Counted from the stretch's first letter, positions 8,641 through 18,936 are shown. The stretch: DNA of 64,000 nt from an uncultured Poribacteria bacterium (GCA_958296135.2 CATQHZ020000001.1:1600001-1664000), one strand, 5' to 3'. Notes: generated by a model from the sequence alone, not told the origin. A program made the numbers and translations.

Positions 8641-10525
8641 TTATATCGTCTTGAGACAGCACTGCAAAGCAAGGTTCGCCGCAAGCGTATCAGTCAATGC
8701 AATATCCCGGCAGATGAACACGGAATCTTTTGATAACCGCAGGCGTTCTAAATCCGCTTCCGCCAACTTCTCGTCTAAACAGACGTGGCATCTCTGCGAA
8801 CTATCTGGCGTGGCGATGCGGAAAATGGTGTTTGCGGGCGGATATGAACGACATCCGCCCTTACCTTCTTTCTTTCTCAATTCACCGTTACCTTTTCCTA
8901 CGGGTTCAATCGTGCTATTAAGCGGGTATCCCTCCTTAAGCGCGATTTCATAAAGGACATCCTCAACGCGCCAACCTTCGCGGAGCGGATCGATGGTGTT
9001 CTCCAACTGTGCGATATACGTCTGTGCATCATCTGAGAGAATTTCGGCTGCAGTGCGATAATTAGATGCGGCAAGTTCAAAGACGCGGAAGCCTAAATCC
9101 GCGTTGAGGTTCTGACAAACGCGCCGAATTCGTTCTTTGCCAATCTCGGCGATAGTCTGAAATCCCGCCTTGCGTGCCGCCGATTTTTCCGGCGTGCGTT
9201 CCGGCAGTTGCACCATGATAAACTGCCGCCTGCCCGAATCCTCCCGATTGAGTGCCAGCACTGCCTGCGCTGTCGTGCAGGAACCGGCGAAGAAATCCAA
9301 AACAATCGAATCTCGCTCTGTGCTAAATTGGAGGAGGTGTCTAATCAACCCGACCGGTTTGGGATTCGTAAAGATACCATCTGCCTTGAGCAGTTCACGC
9401 AGTTGCGCCCTGCCGTGGCTGTTTTTCTCAACATCGGTTAGCAAACCGCGCGGGACTCTCCCGCTTGATTCATTCAGGTAGCGTTTATACTCCACGAGCC
9501 ACTTCCCTTTCTGTGTCTTTCTAAAGACGATCCGATTTTCCTTTTTCATCTGAAGGAAGCGCGATTCCTGTCGGTTCCACTCGTTGAAGACGAAAGAACC
9601 GTCCGGACATTCAATCCGATACTGCAACCCTGGAGAGGGATGATCTGGCCTTCCTCGCGTGAAGGCATCGGTTTTATAGGGCCCGCGAGATGCGTAGTGC
9701 TCGTCTTTTTGTGTGTAAGCGGCCCTCTCCTTTTCAGCGAGCGGATACCGAAACCGCCCGGTCACCGTTCGATCTTTCGCATAAGCGAGGATATATTCGT
9801 GGTTCAGCGCGAAGTGTTTGGCATCGTTACTTCCACTAGCATACCGTTGCCAGACCAGTTGTTGCAGGCAGTTTTCCTCGCCAAAAATTTCATTCATCAT
9901 GAAGCGGAGGTTGTAGCCCTCGCGGTCATCGATACTGACGAAGATGATGCCATCATCGGTGAGCAACTGCCGCGCGAGGAAGAGGCGCGGATACATCATC
10001 GACAGCCACGCCGAGTGGTAGCGGCCGCTTGTCTCTGGGTTGCTGGTTTGCAAATTGCCCTCGGTATCCAGCTGCCCGGAGAGTTGGAGATAAGTATCCA
10101 AAGGTTTCGCGTAGTTATCGGGGTAGACGAAATCGGTGCCGGTGTTGTAAGGCGGATCGATGTAGATGGCTTTGATGCGCCCGAAGTAGGGCTTGTAGAG
10201 GAGTTTCAGCACCTCCAGATTATCGCCTTCAATGAAGAGATTTGGGGTGCTGTCAAAATGCAGAGAAGCATCTCGGCGCGGCTTAAGAGTAGCCTCGGAG
10301 GGAACGCTGAGCAGGCGGAGAGCATCGCGTTTGCCTGCCCAGTTGAAGCCATACCTATTGGGTGGAGCAGCCTCGTTAGCGTTTACCCCCCCCCTCACAA
10401 TAGTATAGTATATTCTGAAGTTTCTCCGCGTCAATTCTGCCTTCGGTGAGGCATTCGGGGAAGAGTTGCTTGAGTTGGCGGAGGCGTTCCGCGTTTGGGT
10501 TGCGGGTTGTTTTGGGAGTCTTCAT
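8641..10525 (-). CDS. mod: Type III restriction-modification Mod-like adenine methyltransferase, frameshifted at a G9 tract
   Basis: IEGDNLEVLK, IYIDPPYNTG and LDFFAGSCTT motifs. The true N-terminus (MKTPK..LKQLFPECLTEGRID) starts at 10525 in another frame and stops just after the G9 run at 10386-10394. Confidence 0.85.
10386..10394 (-). repeat. Homopolymeric G9 tract (candidate phase-variation switch)
   Basis: C9 on the + strand; G8 or G11 would fuse the two mod frames. Confidence 0.75.
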
Positions 10526-10731
10526 TGGCGTTCCTCGTATTCGGGATTTATTTCTATCAGCATGTCCGTGGTGTATTCGGGCTCGTCATCGCCGTAGGCG
10601 TATGAAAGCATTTGGAGGGAGAAGCGCGCCCAGGCTGCACGTTCTTCCCATTCTTGCGCCACCTTGAGTGCATTCGGGACGACACGAGCATCATGCCTAC
10701 CATTCCAATTGGATTCGTCTGTCAGGACCAT
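10522..10731 (-). CDS. Small acidic protein resembling type II antitoxins
   Basis: Ends AYGDDEPEY...INPEYE, resembling small proteins found upstream of PemK/MazF toxins (recollection, not searched); ATGA overlap with mod. Confidence 0.5.
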   Translation of the reverse strand: MVLTDESNWNGRHDARVVPNALKVAQEWEERAAWARFSLQMLSYAYGDDEPEYTTDMLIEINPEYEERQ

Positions 10732-10966
10732 TTAATTTTTAGTTTTTGATGTCATCGATAAAAATCAACAACGGCCCCCATCCCTGTAGTTCAAGTTCGT
10801 CCGATCTTAACCTGTTCGGGCTCGGGCGAGCCCGAAGACAGATATGGGAGAACTGAATCGTCCTGAGCAGTTTCGCTGTTTTCTTGAGGTGTATGCCATC
10901 AGATTGGACATAAAAATTCACGACTAATCTGATTCCTCTTAACATAAGGTAGGATTTTTTTTGGAA

Positions 10967-12358
10967 CTAAATGCCCCTGAGTTCAAAGGCTTTCTGGAAG
11001 TCCACGTCCGCTTCTAGAGTTCGTCCCAAGTGCCTCTTGGCTTCTCCTCGACAGCGGTGAGCATAGGCATTGTCTGGATTGAGCCGGATCCCCACATCAA
11101 AATCGGCAATTGCAGCCGCATATTGCTCTAGTGCGCTCTTAGCGAATCCACGATTGAAGTAGGCATAGGCATCGTCTGGATTGAGCCGGATCCCCACATC
11201 AAAATCGGCAATTGCAGCCGCATATTGGCCAAGTTGCCCTTTGGCAAATCCCCTGATGAAATAGGTTTCGGCATCATTTGGATTGAGCCGGATTGCTGTG
11301 TTGAAATCGGCAATTGCAGCCGCATATTGCTCTAGTGCGCTCTTAGCGGATCCACGATTGAAGTAGGCATAGGCATCGTCTGGATTGAGCCGGATTGCTG
11401 TGTCGAAATCGGCAATTGCAGCCGCATATTGCTCTAGTGCGCTCTTAGCGAATCCACGATTGAAGTAGGCATAGGCATCATTTGGATTGAGCCGGATCCC
11501 CACATCAAAATCGGCAATTGCAGCCGCATATTGGCCAAGTTGCCCTTTGGCAAATCCCCTGATGAAATAGGTTTCGGTATCCTTCGGGTTTAAGCGAAGG
11601 GCTTGATCAAAATCGGCAATTGCAGCATCATAATGTCCAAGGCTGCCCTTTGCACGTCCGCGCATAGCGTAGACATAGGCATCGTCTGGTTTCAACCCGA
11701 TAGCAGCATCAAGATCGGCGATAGCAGCGTCATATTGTCCGAGGTCTCCCTTAACAATCCCACGTTTGCTGTAGGCTCCTGCATCATCTGGTTTCAGACG
11801 AATTGCCTCATCAAAGTCTGCAAGAGCAGACTCAAGTTGGCCGAGTAGGGACTTTGTAATCCCGCGATTGTTGTAAGAAAGCGGGTTATCAGGTTTGATT
11901 CGGATGGCCTCATCGTAGTCGGAAATAGCAGATTCGTGTTGCCCCAGCGCGTTCTTCAGGTTTCCGCGGTTGTGGTAGGCATCTGCATAATCCGGCTTAA
12001 GACGAATGGCCTCGTTGTATGCGGAAAGTTCTTCTTCCTCGCGATTGCTTTCCGAAAGGAGACTGCCGACAGATAACCAAGCATGCGCAGCAAGTTCATC
12101 GTTGATGCCCCCCGCGATAATCGCGATAGCGCGCCATTTCTCAAGAGCATCAACGATTTTCCCATCCTGTTGTAACAAGTAGGCATCAATGATAGCCCTA
12201 TCGACAAGAGGCAATTCGGACTTCTGCCGAATCGTTCGCATAATTTCCTCGGAAACTCCAAATGTATTGGTATTACCAAGGTTTTTGATGATTTTTGTTA
12301 CCGGTTTTGTGCTCACAATTTCCCTCATTGTAGGGGATGGGCGCGAGAAATAAGGCAT
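10967..12358 (-). CDS. Tetratricopeptide repeat protein with recently expanded repeats
   Basis: About ten 34-aa TPRs; start codon uncertain. Confidence 0.88.
   Translation of the reverse strand: MPYFSRPSPTMREIVSTKPVTKIIKNLGNTNTFGVSEEIMRTIRQKSELPLVDRAIIDAYLLQQDGKIVDALEKWRAIAIIAGGINDELAAHAWLSVGSLLSESNREEEELSAYNEAIRLKPDYADAYHNRGNLKNALGQHESAISDYDEAIRIKPDNPLSYNNRGITKSLLGQLESALADFDEAIRLKPDDAGAYSKRGIVKGDLGQYDAAIADLDAAIGLKPDDAYVYAMRGRAKGSLGHYDAAIADFDQALRLNPKDTETYFIRGFAKGQLGQYAAAIADFDVGIRLNPNDAYAYFNRGFAKSALEQYAAAIADFDTAIRLNPDDAYAYFNRGSAKSALEQYAAAIADFNTAIRLNPNDAETYFIRGFAKGQLGQYAAAIADFDVGIRLNPDDAYAYFNRGFAKSALEQYAAAIADFDVGIRLNPDNAYAHRCRGEAKRHLGRTLEADVDFQKAFELRGI
11060..11630. repeat. Intragenic 102-bp tandem repeats with a 306-bp higher-order period
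   Basis: AAAATCGGCAATTGCAGCCGCATATTG-like motif recurs every 102 bp; 11177-11270 matches 11483-11576. Confidence 0.9.
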
Positions 12359-12493
12359 TTTTCACGCGCCTTCATTGGTGGGTCGACACGGACATCATCG
12401 CTGCCATCACTTGACTAGCTGGACGAATCCATCTCTTACGACACAGCAAACCCGGCCCCCCAATATCTGTGTTATCCAACCATTATCCAACGC

Positions 12494-12922
12494 CTATATC
12501 TCCGATGGTTCGGGAACGTGCTCATCCTCGTAATGCTCAATAAGCGTACCGATGAAGTCCATCAACGAGGCTAATATATGGTCTTCATCTTCGCCCACGA
12601 CATCAATTAAATCATTTAGAATTGTCACGAGCCATTCATAGTGATTTTCCGTCAATGAGGCGAAGAGGCGCGTTTCGCTTGTTCCAACGACATCAATCAG
12701 ATTTTCTAAGGCCGTTACAAGCGGTAGATAATTCGGACTAAGACTTCGGTTGAAGATCTCAAGGCCCGTTATTGATTCACTTGCTTCCGAATCGTTGGAT
12801 AGGGCCGAGACATCCAAGGGTTGGAACCTAAACACGCTAGGGTTTGGCTCGTCAACCGAAAGGTCGGCTCTAAAAGTCTCCGCTATCCGAGGAAAAGTCC
12901 GTGTAGTTGATTGGAACATCAT
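12494..12922 (-). CDS. higA: HigA-like antitoxin lacking the HTH domain
   Basis: LIDVVGEDEDHILASLMDFIGTLIEHYEDEH is typical of the HigA N-domain; AAGGAG RBS; lies downstream of higB. Confidence 0.65.
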   Translation of the reverse strand: MMFQSTTRTFPRIAETFRADLSVDEPNPSVFRFQPLDVSALSNDSEASESITGLEIFNRSLSPNYLPLVTALENLIDVVGTSETRLFASLTENHYEWLVTILNDLIDVVGEDEDHILASLMDFIGTLIEHYEDEHVPEPSEI

Positions 12923-12923
12923 G

Positions 12924-13223
12924 CTACTCCTTCCAATTTCCTTTCTCATACTCGGCGTGGGTTAGCACAGCACGAATGTAGACTTTTTTCCTATCATAGT
13001 GTATGGCCGCGATAAGGCGAGGAGCTGTCTTGCCGCCAATGTCAAAAACTGTCAACTTGCCCACTTGATCTACCTTCTGTGGTGAGAACATCTGCAACAG
13101 TTCAGCAGGTACCAGGAAATCGTTCCGCTTCATCCTCCTATACCAACGATCAAGTCCAGGTTTGGCTGTTCTATCTTTCTGTTTGATGAACTCATTTAAT
13201 GACTTCCGCGAGATAACATGCAT
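12924..13223 (-). CDS. higB: HigB-family mRNA interferase toxin
   Basis: MHVISRK..L..W...VFDIGG...RLIAAIHY...VYIRAVLTHAEYEKGNWK. Confidence 0.88.
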   Translation of the reverse strand: MHVISRKSLNEFIKQKDRTAKPGLDRWYRRMKRNDFLVPAELLQMFSPQKVDQVGKLTVFDIGGKTAPRLIAAIHYDRKKVYIRAVLTHAEYEKGNWKE

Positions 13224-13433
13224 CGTAATTTCCACAAACCCTGGGAGGCGTGTCCCGTTTGTAGTTCTGCCTCTTCACCGTTAACCAATGCTTGAAGGCA
13301 ATTACGGCATAGTTTCGCAGAAATCCCCAACCAAGTACCAATTATTATACGATGAACGAGTCTATTTCGCAAGAAAAAAATTCACCGCGTTGAAAACTTC
13401 CGGTTGCAACAATTCTGCAGCGACTGATGCGCC

Positions 13434-14702
13434 TTAATTTGCATCCAAAAACCGCTCAAAATTCCCACCGAACAGATTCCCAACATCCCGCGCGATTTCC
13501 GAACGCGTCACACACCAACCTGCATCCAGCAACGTCTGATACTTCTCTGCCAAAACATCGGCGATGATCTGGCGCGAATGCTGCCATTTGTATACCAGCT
13601 GATCCAAGATGCGCGCATCCGAATGCTGCGGGATAACGCTCAACCCAAGCAACTCGAGCCGCTCACGCGTGATTTCCTCAATAATGCTCGGGTTGTTCAT
13701 AAACCACCAACACCCGAAAATCATCAGGTTTTTGAACTTCCGTCCGATGACGCATAACTCATGTTGGTTCTCGCGCGACAGAAGCGTTACCAAAAACTTA
13801 TTGTCGGGATGTTCGCGGAGTAACGCTTCTAAACTGCCCAGGTCCGCCTTCGCGCTCCCATCGCCGGCCATCTGGAGCTGTGGGTTTACGGCGCGCTTGA
13901 CACCAATCATCAGCGCAAACGGAACGTTGGATTCACGCGAGACCGGCAGGATGCAGTTGTCGAACACTCTACCGAGGATGCCATCATCCGGGTACCGGAA
14001 ATCCGGCGGCAGCGAGACTGCCATGTATTTCGGCTGCATCCGTTGAATCCACGTCTCCAAGAATCGGCGCACCCCTTTCTGTGCCTTTTTAGACGAGAGT
14101 GTTGCATCCACCTCATAACCGAGTCCGCGGAGGTGCTCATAGGCGGTTTCTGGGTAAGTATTGATTAGCACGTCCAGCCGAAGCGCGGCGTGAAAGCGCG
14201 CATCGCCTGTGTTCCCAGATTCCCATACCGGGGCCTCCGCCGCATCAAACGGATCATTCGTCATGACGACTTGTGAGACGTTCGCGCGTTCAAACACCGT
14301 GTCAATGAACGCCTCAGCGGAGGTATCCGCAAAGTAGTCGCGATAGTCCTGCAGGTTGCGCGCGCCGACATTCAACCCCAATTCGTTCAATGTCGTGACG
14401 ACACCGCGGCACGCCTCGCTCAGCGGCGAGTTTTCAATGAAAAGCGTCTGCCAGATGAGCGCCGCTTGTTCCGCCTTCGTCATCGCCCAAAATTGCTGAT
14501 ACGAGACATCAGATTGACGAAATACCTCTGCGATGAGGTAGTGATACGTCAACAGTTCGTCAATGCCCCACAGCAGCAATTCGCCGAAGGGTGGACTGAA
14601 CAGATGCGTGTGGATATCGGTGACGCTTTGCGCATGAACTGCCGCCGTAACGGCGGTTTTCAGTTCAGCTGCATTCGCAATGGGCTGCGTGCCATTGTTC
14701 AT
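13434..14702 (-). CDS. uxaC: Glucuronate (uronate) isomerase, amidohydrolase superfamily
   Basis: DIHTHL, LLTYHYL, VMTNDPF, FGCWWFMNNP and QHSDAR motifs. Confidence 0.85.
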   Translation of the reverse strand: MNNGTQPIANAAELKTAVTAAVHAQSVTDIHTHLFSPPFGELLLWGIDELLTYHYLIAEVFRQSDVSYQQFWAMTKAEQAALIWQTLFIENSPLSEACRGVVTTLNELGLNVGARNLQDYRDYFADTSAEAFIDTVFERANVSQVVMTNDPFDAAEAPVWESGNTGDARFHAALRLDVLINTYPETAYEHLRGLGYEVDATLSSKKAQKGVRRFLETWIQRMQPKYMAVSLPPDFRYPDDGILGRVFDNCILPVSRESNVPFALMIGVKRAVNPQLQMAGDGSAKADLGSLEALLREHPDNKFLVTLLSRENQHELCVIGRKFKNLMIFGCWWFMNNPSIIEEITRERLELLGLSVIPQHSDARILDQLVYKWQHSRQIIADVLAEKYQTLLDAGWCVTRSEIARDVGNLFGGNFERFLDAN

Positions 14703-14746
14703 TCTTCACTCTCCCCTAGGCGCGCTTTAGAAACGCGCGTGCAACT

Positions 14747-15187
14747 TCACTCTTCGGTAGTCGCGCTTTCCAAGCGCGCACGAATAAAAGTAACTACCGA
14801 TTCCGATGGCTGCGCGCCAAATCGGACGTAAACGCCCCGGAAATTCTCAAGCCGCGTCGGTTTCGCGAAAGGACTGAGCAGTATCCCATTCGCATCGACA
14901 TAAGAACTCCGAAACGCGGCCCAGGGCCGCGCCATCCGATAACAGCAAGCCGTGACGATGAGCCTATCTGCCTCGCACTGGTAGCGGAACGGCAGAAAGT
15001 ATTTGTAAAGTGAACCGAGCAGGAACAGTGCGGACAGAAAGACGATAGGAACAGACTTGAACCCCCAATAGATGCAGAGGAAAAGGAAACACAGGAAAAT
15101 CCCCAGCAGCGCGCTCCGTTTCCAATTCTCGACGAGCGGATGCACTGTCCATGAGAGTTGTTCGTCCGTTTGGTGCTGCGTTTCCAT
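14747..15187 (-). CDS. Hypothetical membrane protein
   Basis: Two TM segments; LSPF..PTRLENFRG; in operon after secG. Confidence 0.7.
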   Translation of the reverse strand: METQHQTDEQLSWTVHPLVENWKRSALLGIFLCFLFLCIYWGFKSVPIVFLSALFLLGSLYKYFLPFRYQCEADRLIVTACCYRMARPWAAFRSSYVDANGILLSPFAKPTRLENFRGVYVRFGAQPSESVVTFIRARLESATTEE

Positions 15188-15195
15188 TTTCTCGA

Positions 15196-15615
15196 CTACT
15201 CGGTTTTCTCTGTCAAGCCCCCATCCACTTCGGTTTTTGAGGATTGTCCGTCTTCTGCCGGGCTCTCACTCTCGGTGCTGTCCGCGCCATCTTCACCGAC
15301 GGTGTCAACCGGTTCCGGTGCTTCTCCTGCTTGCGTTTGTTCCTGCTCAATCGGTGTCAGGGCACCGCCGCCCTCCTCACCGTAGAACCGCATTAAGAAG
15401 AGTGAGATAACCATGAACCCGATGGCGAACCACGTAGTCAGTTTGCCAAGGAAGGTTGCGGCACCGCGCCCGCCAAGCATCGACTGCATCTCCGCGCCGC
15501 CAAACGCGCTTGATGACAGCCCCTCGCCTTTGCTGTCTTGTAAGAGGATGATCAGCGTCAAAATTACGCAGACCGGAACGAAAAGCACTACTGCAAATCC
15601 AATGATAATGTCCAT
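15196..15615 (-). CDS. secG: Preprotein translocase subunit SecG
   Basis: ILLQDSKGEGL..AFGG...FLGKLT; follows tpiA. Confidence 0.9.
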   Translation of the reverse strand: MDIIIGFAVVLFVPVCVILTLIILLQDSKGEGLSSSAFGGAEMQSMLGGRGAATFLGKLTTWFAIGFMVISLFLMRFYGEEGGGALTPIEQEQTQAGEAPEPVDTVGEDGADSTESESPAEDGQSSKTEVDGGLTEKTE

Positions 15616-15687
15616 GAGATATTCCTTGTAATTACGTGTCCGGTAGGCGCGCGTTCCAAGCGCACCTACGGTTGGTGTTGTTCGCGC

Positions 15688-16443
15688 CTAACTTGCGGCC
15701 TTCACGATTGCCGCGAAGGATGCCGCGTCAAGACTCGCGCCGCCGACTAATGCACCGTCTACATCCTGCTTCGCCAGCAGCTCCGCTGCATTGTCGGGTT
15801 TAACACTGCCGCCATACTGAATGCGAATCTGATCGGCGATATCATCCGAGGCGGCTAACGCCACTAAACTGCGGATGATGGAGTGGACCTCCTGTGCTTG
15901 CGCCGGCGTGGCGGTTCTCCCCGTGCCGATCGCCCAGACTGGCTCATAAGCGATGACGCAGGAGAGCAAATCCGTTGTTGATAAATCGGCGATGCCGCCC
16001 GCGACCTGGGCCGCGATAACTCCCTCCGTGCGGTCTGCCTCACGTTCTTCAAGGAGTTCACCGACGCAGATAATCGGCTTTAATCCGAGTGTTAACGCCG
16101 CCTTCGCTTTGCGATTGACGCTCTCGTTCGTCTCCCCGAAATACTGCCGCCGCTCGGAGTGCCCGACAATGACGTATTCACAACCGAGATCTTTCAACAT
16201 TGTTGACGAGACTTCGCCGGTGAATGCGCCGCTTTCTTCCCAATAAACATTTTGCGCGGCGAGACAGACGTTGCTGCCCGCTATCGTCGCGCTGACCGCG
16301 GCGAGTGCCGTAAATGGCGGCGCGACGACAATCTCAACGCCGCGTTCTTGAGCAACTAACGCCTTCAACGCTGTCGTTAGCGTAACCGCTTCCCCAACCG
16401 TGGTATTCAGTTTCCAATTTCCTGCAATGATAGGTGTTCGCAT
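15688..16443 (-). CDS. tpiA: Triosephosphate isomerase
   Basis: AGNWK, GHSERR, AYEPVWAIGTG and YGGSV motifs; start at 16443. Confidence 0.97.
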   Translation of the reverse strand: MRTPIIAGNWKLNTTVGEAVTLTTALKALVAQERGVEIVVAPPFTALAAVSATIAGSNVCLAAQNVYWEESGAFTGEVSSTMLKDLGCEYVIVGHSERRQYFGETNESVNRKAKAALTLGLKPIICVGELLEEREADRTEGVIAAQVAGGIADLSTTDLLSCVIAYEPVWAIGTGRTATPAQAQEVHSIIRSLVALAASDDIADQIRIQYGGSVKPDNAAELLAKQDVDGALVGGASLDAASFAAIVKAAS

Positions 16444-16459
16444 AATCCTCCCGCACCCG

Positions 16460-17464
16460 TTAAAGCACCCGTGCCACGAGCTCAACCAGACGGTTTGAGT
16501 AACCCCACTCGTTATCATACCATGAGAGCACCTTGAGCAGGCCACCCTCAATCGCTTTCGTGAAAGGTGCGTCGAAGACCGAGGAGAGCTTGTTCCCGTT
16601 GAAATCGGATGAAACCAGATCGAGTTCGGAATAGCCAAGGATGCCGCTGAGGCTGTTTGCCGCGGCGGCTTTCACAGCCGAATTCACTGCTTCGGCACTC
16701 GGTTTCTCCCGCAAATCTACCGTTAAATCGACGACAGAGACGTTCGGTGTCGGCACCCGGATGGCAAACCCATCCAGTTTACCGTTCAGTTCCGGCAACA
16801 CTTTGCCGACGGCGACAGCTGCGCCGGTTGTCGTCGGAATCATGGAGAGTGTCGCTGCGCGGGCGCGCCGCATATCGGAGTGCGGGAAGTCGTGAACCCG
16901 CTGGTCCCCCGTGTAGGCATGCACCGTCGTCATCAACCCGCTTTCAATCCCGAACTCCTCGTGCAGCACCTTCGCAACCGGTGCCAAGCAGTTCGTCGTG
17001 CAAGATGCATTGGAGATAACGTGATGACTCGCCTTATCGTATTTATCGTCGTTCACGCCGAGGACAATCGTGATGTCCTCACCCTTCGCGGGTGCAGAAA
17101 TCACCACCTTTTTCGCCCCGCCCTCGGTGATATGCTTCTCGGCATCGGCACGTTCAGTGAAGAACCCGGTCGATTCAATCACGACATCCACCCCGAGTTC
17201 ACCCCACGGCAGATTGCCCGGGTCGCGTTCGGCCAGCACTTTAATCGCTTTGCCGTTGACAACTAACCCATCTTCTGTCGCCGAGATGTCATCGGACAAA
17301 ATGCCGTGTACAGAATCATACTGCAGGAGATGCGCCAGCGTCTCCGGACTCGTCAAATCGTTGACTGCGACAAACTCTATATCTAACGCCGGATTTTTCA
17401 GGGCAGCCCGAAACGCATTCCGCCCAATCCGACCAAATCCGTTGATACCTATTTGAATTGGCAT
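16460..17464 (-). CDS. gap: Glyceraldehyde-3-phosphate dehydrogenase, type I
   Basis: GINGFGRIGR, SNASCTTNCLAP and WYDNEWGY motifs. Confidence 0.97.
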   Translation of the reverse strand: MPIQIGINGFGRIGRNAFRAALKNPALDIEFVAVNDLTSPETLAHLLQYDSVHGILSDDISATEDGLVVNGKAIKVLAERDPGNLPWGELGVDVVIESTGFFTERADAEKHITEGGAKKVVISAPAKGEDITIVLGVNDDKYDKASHHVISNASCTTNCLAPVAKVLHEEFGIESGLMTTVHAYTGDQRVHDFPHSDMRRARAATLSMIPTTTGAAVAVGKVLPELNGKLDGFAIRVPTPNVSVVDLTVDLREKPSAEAVNSAVKAAAANSLSGILGYSELDLVSSDFNGNKLSSVFDAPFTKAIEGGLLKVLSWYDNEWGYSNRLVELVARVL

Positions 17465-17615
17465 AATCTCAATATGTTCTCCCTATAGACACAGGACAGA
17501 CGCAAACCGCGCCTACCCATGGCAATGAGGCAATCCGCGTCCGTTCTGTCAGAATTGTTTTTTTTTACTTTTCTTTTTAATTATACCACAGAACGCGATT
17601 AATTGCAAGTTTAAC

Positions 17616-17644
17616 TTGACAATTTACGCGATTTCGGGTATCCT
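17616..17644 (+). promoter_or_regulatory. Sigma70-like promoter; trmJ transcript probably leaderless
   Basis: TTGACA-17 nt-TATCCT; ATG follows after a 6-nt gap; no SD sequence. Confidence 0.55.
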
Positions 17645-17650
17645 ATTTTC

Positions 17651-18472
17651 ATGTCAACACATGCTCACAGCAAATTGATTCAACCGCCGGGGAGTTTCCG
17701 CGCGATTCCGGTAGACGTGCCTGAAAACCTCGCCAATATCCGCATCATTCTCTTTGAACCGCGCGAGCCGGGAAACATCGGCTCCGTCGCCAGAGTCGTC
17801 AAGGGGATGGGACTTTCGCAGCTCTATCTGGTGAACCCTGTGCCGTTCCGCGATGTCGACGCTGCGTGGTATATGGCGCACGGCGCGAAGGACATCCTTG
17901 AAAACTGCCAGGTTGTTGATACGCTGTCAGACGCGCTCATCGGCATCCAGTATCTGGTGGGGACAACGCACCGGCGGCGCGATATGCGGCTGCAGCAACC
18001 CGTGCCGGCCCGCGAAGCCGCGCACACTATCGCGTCTATCTCGCAGGATAAACCGGTTGCGCTGCTGTTCGGACGCGAAGACTTCGGTTTATCCACCGAC
18101 CAGGTGAGTCTGTGCCAGTTAACTGCAAGCGTGCCGATGGCGACGAAAAATCCGTCGTTGAACCTTGCACAGGCGGTGCAGATCTTCGCGTATGAAGTCT
18201 TCGTCGCGAGCCTCGGCGAGGTGTCGCCAGACCCGGTTGATTACGCCGCTGTGAACGCGCTAGAGGCATTCTACGGGCGCGTTACCCGGTTGCTGGACAG
18301 AGTTGGCATGTCTCCCTATAATCATGAGTGGGAGACGTATCTGAAATCGCTGCGGCGCGTCTTCTCCCGTGCGCCGTTAGAAGAGCGGGATATCGCCACG
18401 CTGGACATGATTTTCTCGACGACGCATCGCTATATTGAGCGGTTGGAGAAGAAAATCGCGGATTCTGCTTGA
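17651..18472 (+). CDS. trmJ: TrmJ/LasT-family SPOUT RNA methyltransferase
   Basis: P.EPGNIGSVAR, LLFGRE..GL and SLNLAQAV motifs. Confidence 0.85.
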   Translation: MSTHAHSKLIQPPGSFRAIPVDVPENLANIRIILFEPREPGNIGSVARVVKGMGLSQLYLVNPVPFRDVDAAWYMAHGAKDILENCQVVDTLSDALIGIQYLVGTTHRRRDMRLQQPVPAREAAHTIASISQDKPVALLFGREDFGLSTDQVSLCQLTASVPMATKNPSLNLAQAVQIFAYEVFVASLGEVSPDPVDYAAVNALEAFYGRVTRLLDRVGMSPYNHEWETYLKSLRRVFSRAPLEERDIATLDMIFSTTHRYIERLEKKIADSA

Positions 18473-18546
18473 CATTTTTGGCGGTTCTAGGGTACTATAT
18501 CTATTGCTAGACGAACTAGCATTAAGATCTAAGGAGGTTTTAGACC

Positions 18547-18936
18547 ATGTGGACAATTGACAAAGTTCGGGATTTAATTCAGCAAGAATCCCATGAGGAC
18601 TACGAAGAACGCTACGCGAACGTTGATGAACTTTACTCGCGAGTTGCAGAGCTACTGAATTTAATTCAGGAGGAAAATTGGAGTTTAACTCCCAAATTCC
18701 GCCAATCCTATTGTTGCTTTTATTTTCGGGGCAGACGGGTATTTGCTGTTACCTTGTTCAGTTTGCCTACGTTTGGGATTTGGATAACGGAAAACGAGGC
18801 AGAACAGTGGGAAAGCCATTGTAAACCTCAGCGTTATGACCATTCCTACGCCTGTGCTGTTTACCCTAGGGATGCGACTGTAGACGAGCTTCTCCCCATC
18901 TTCGAGTTTGCCTACCGGAAACATCGGGGCAATTGA
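18547..18936 (+). CDS. Hypothetical protein
   Basis: Own promoter (TTGACA at 18469, TACTAT at 18493) and AAGGAGG RBS; AT-richer than its neighbours. Confidence 0.7.
   Translation: MWTIDKVRDLIQQESHEDYEERYANVDELYSRVAELLNLIQEENWSLTPKFRQSYCCFYFRGRRVFAVTLFSLPTFGIWITENEAEQWESHCKPQRYDHSYACAVYPRDATVDELLPIFEFAYRKHRGN

Noticed and set aside
8198-8953. 251-aa plus-strand ORF, and other long antisense ORFs such as 9640-10449 and 31892-32746
   Set aside because: They overlap well-supported genes in other frames or strands and show no motifs.
10395-10434. ORF-track start of mod at 10434
   Set aside because: The conserved Mod N-terminus is in another frame starting at 10525; this start is a by-product of the frameshift.
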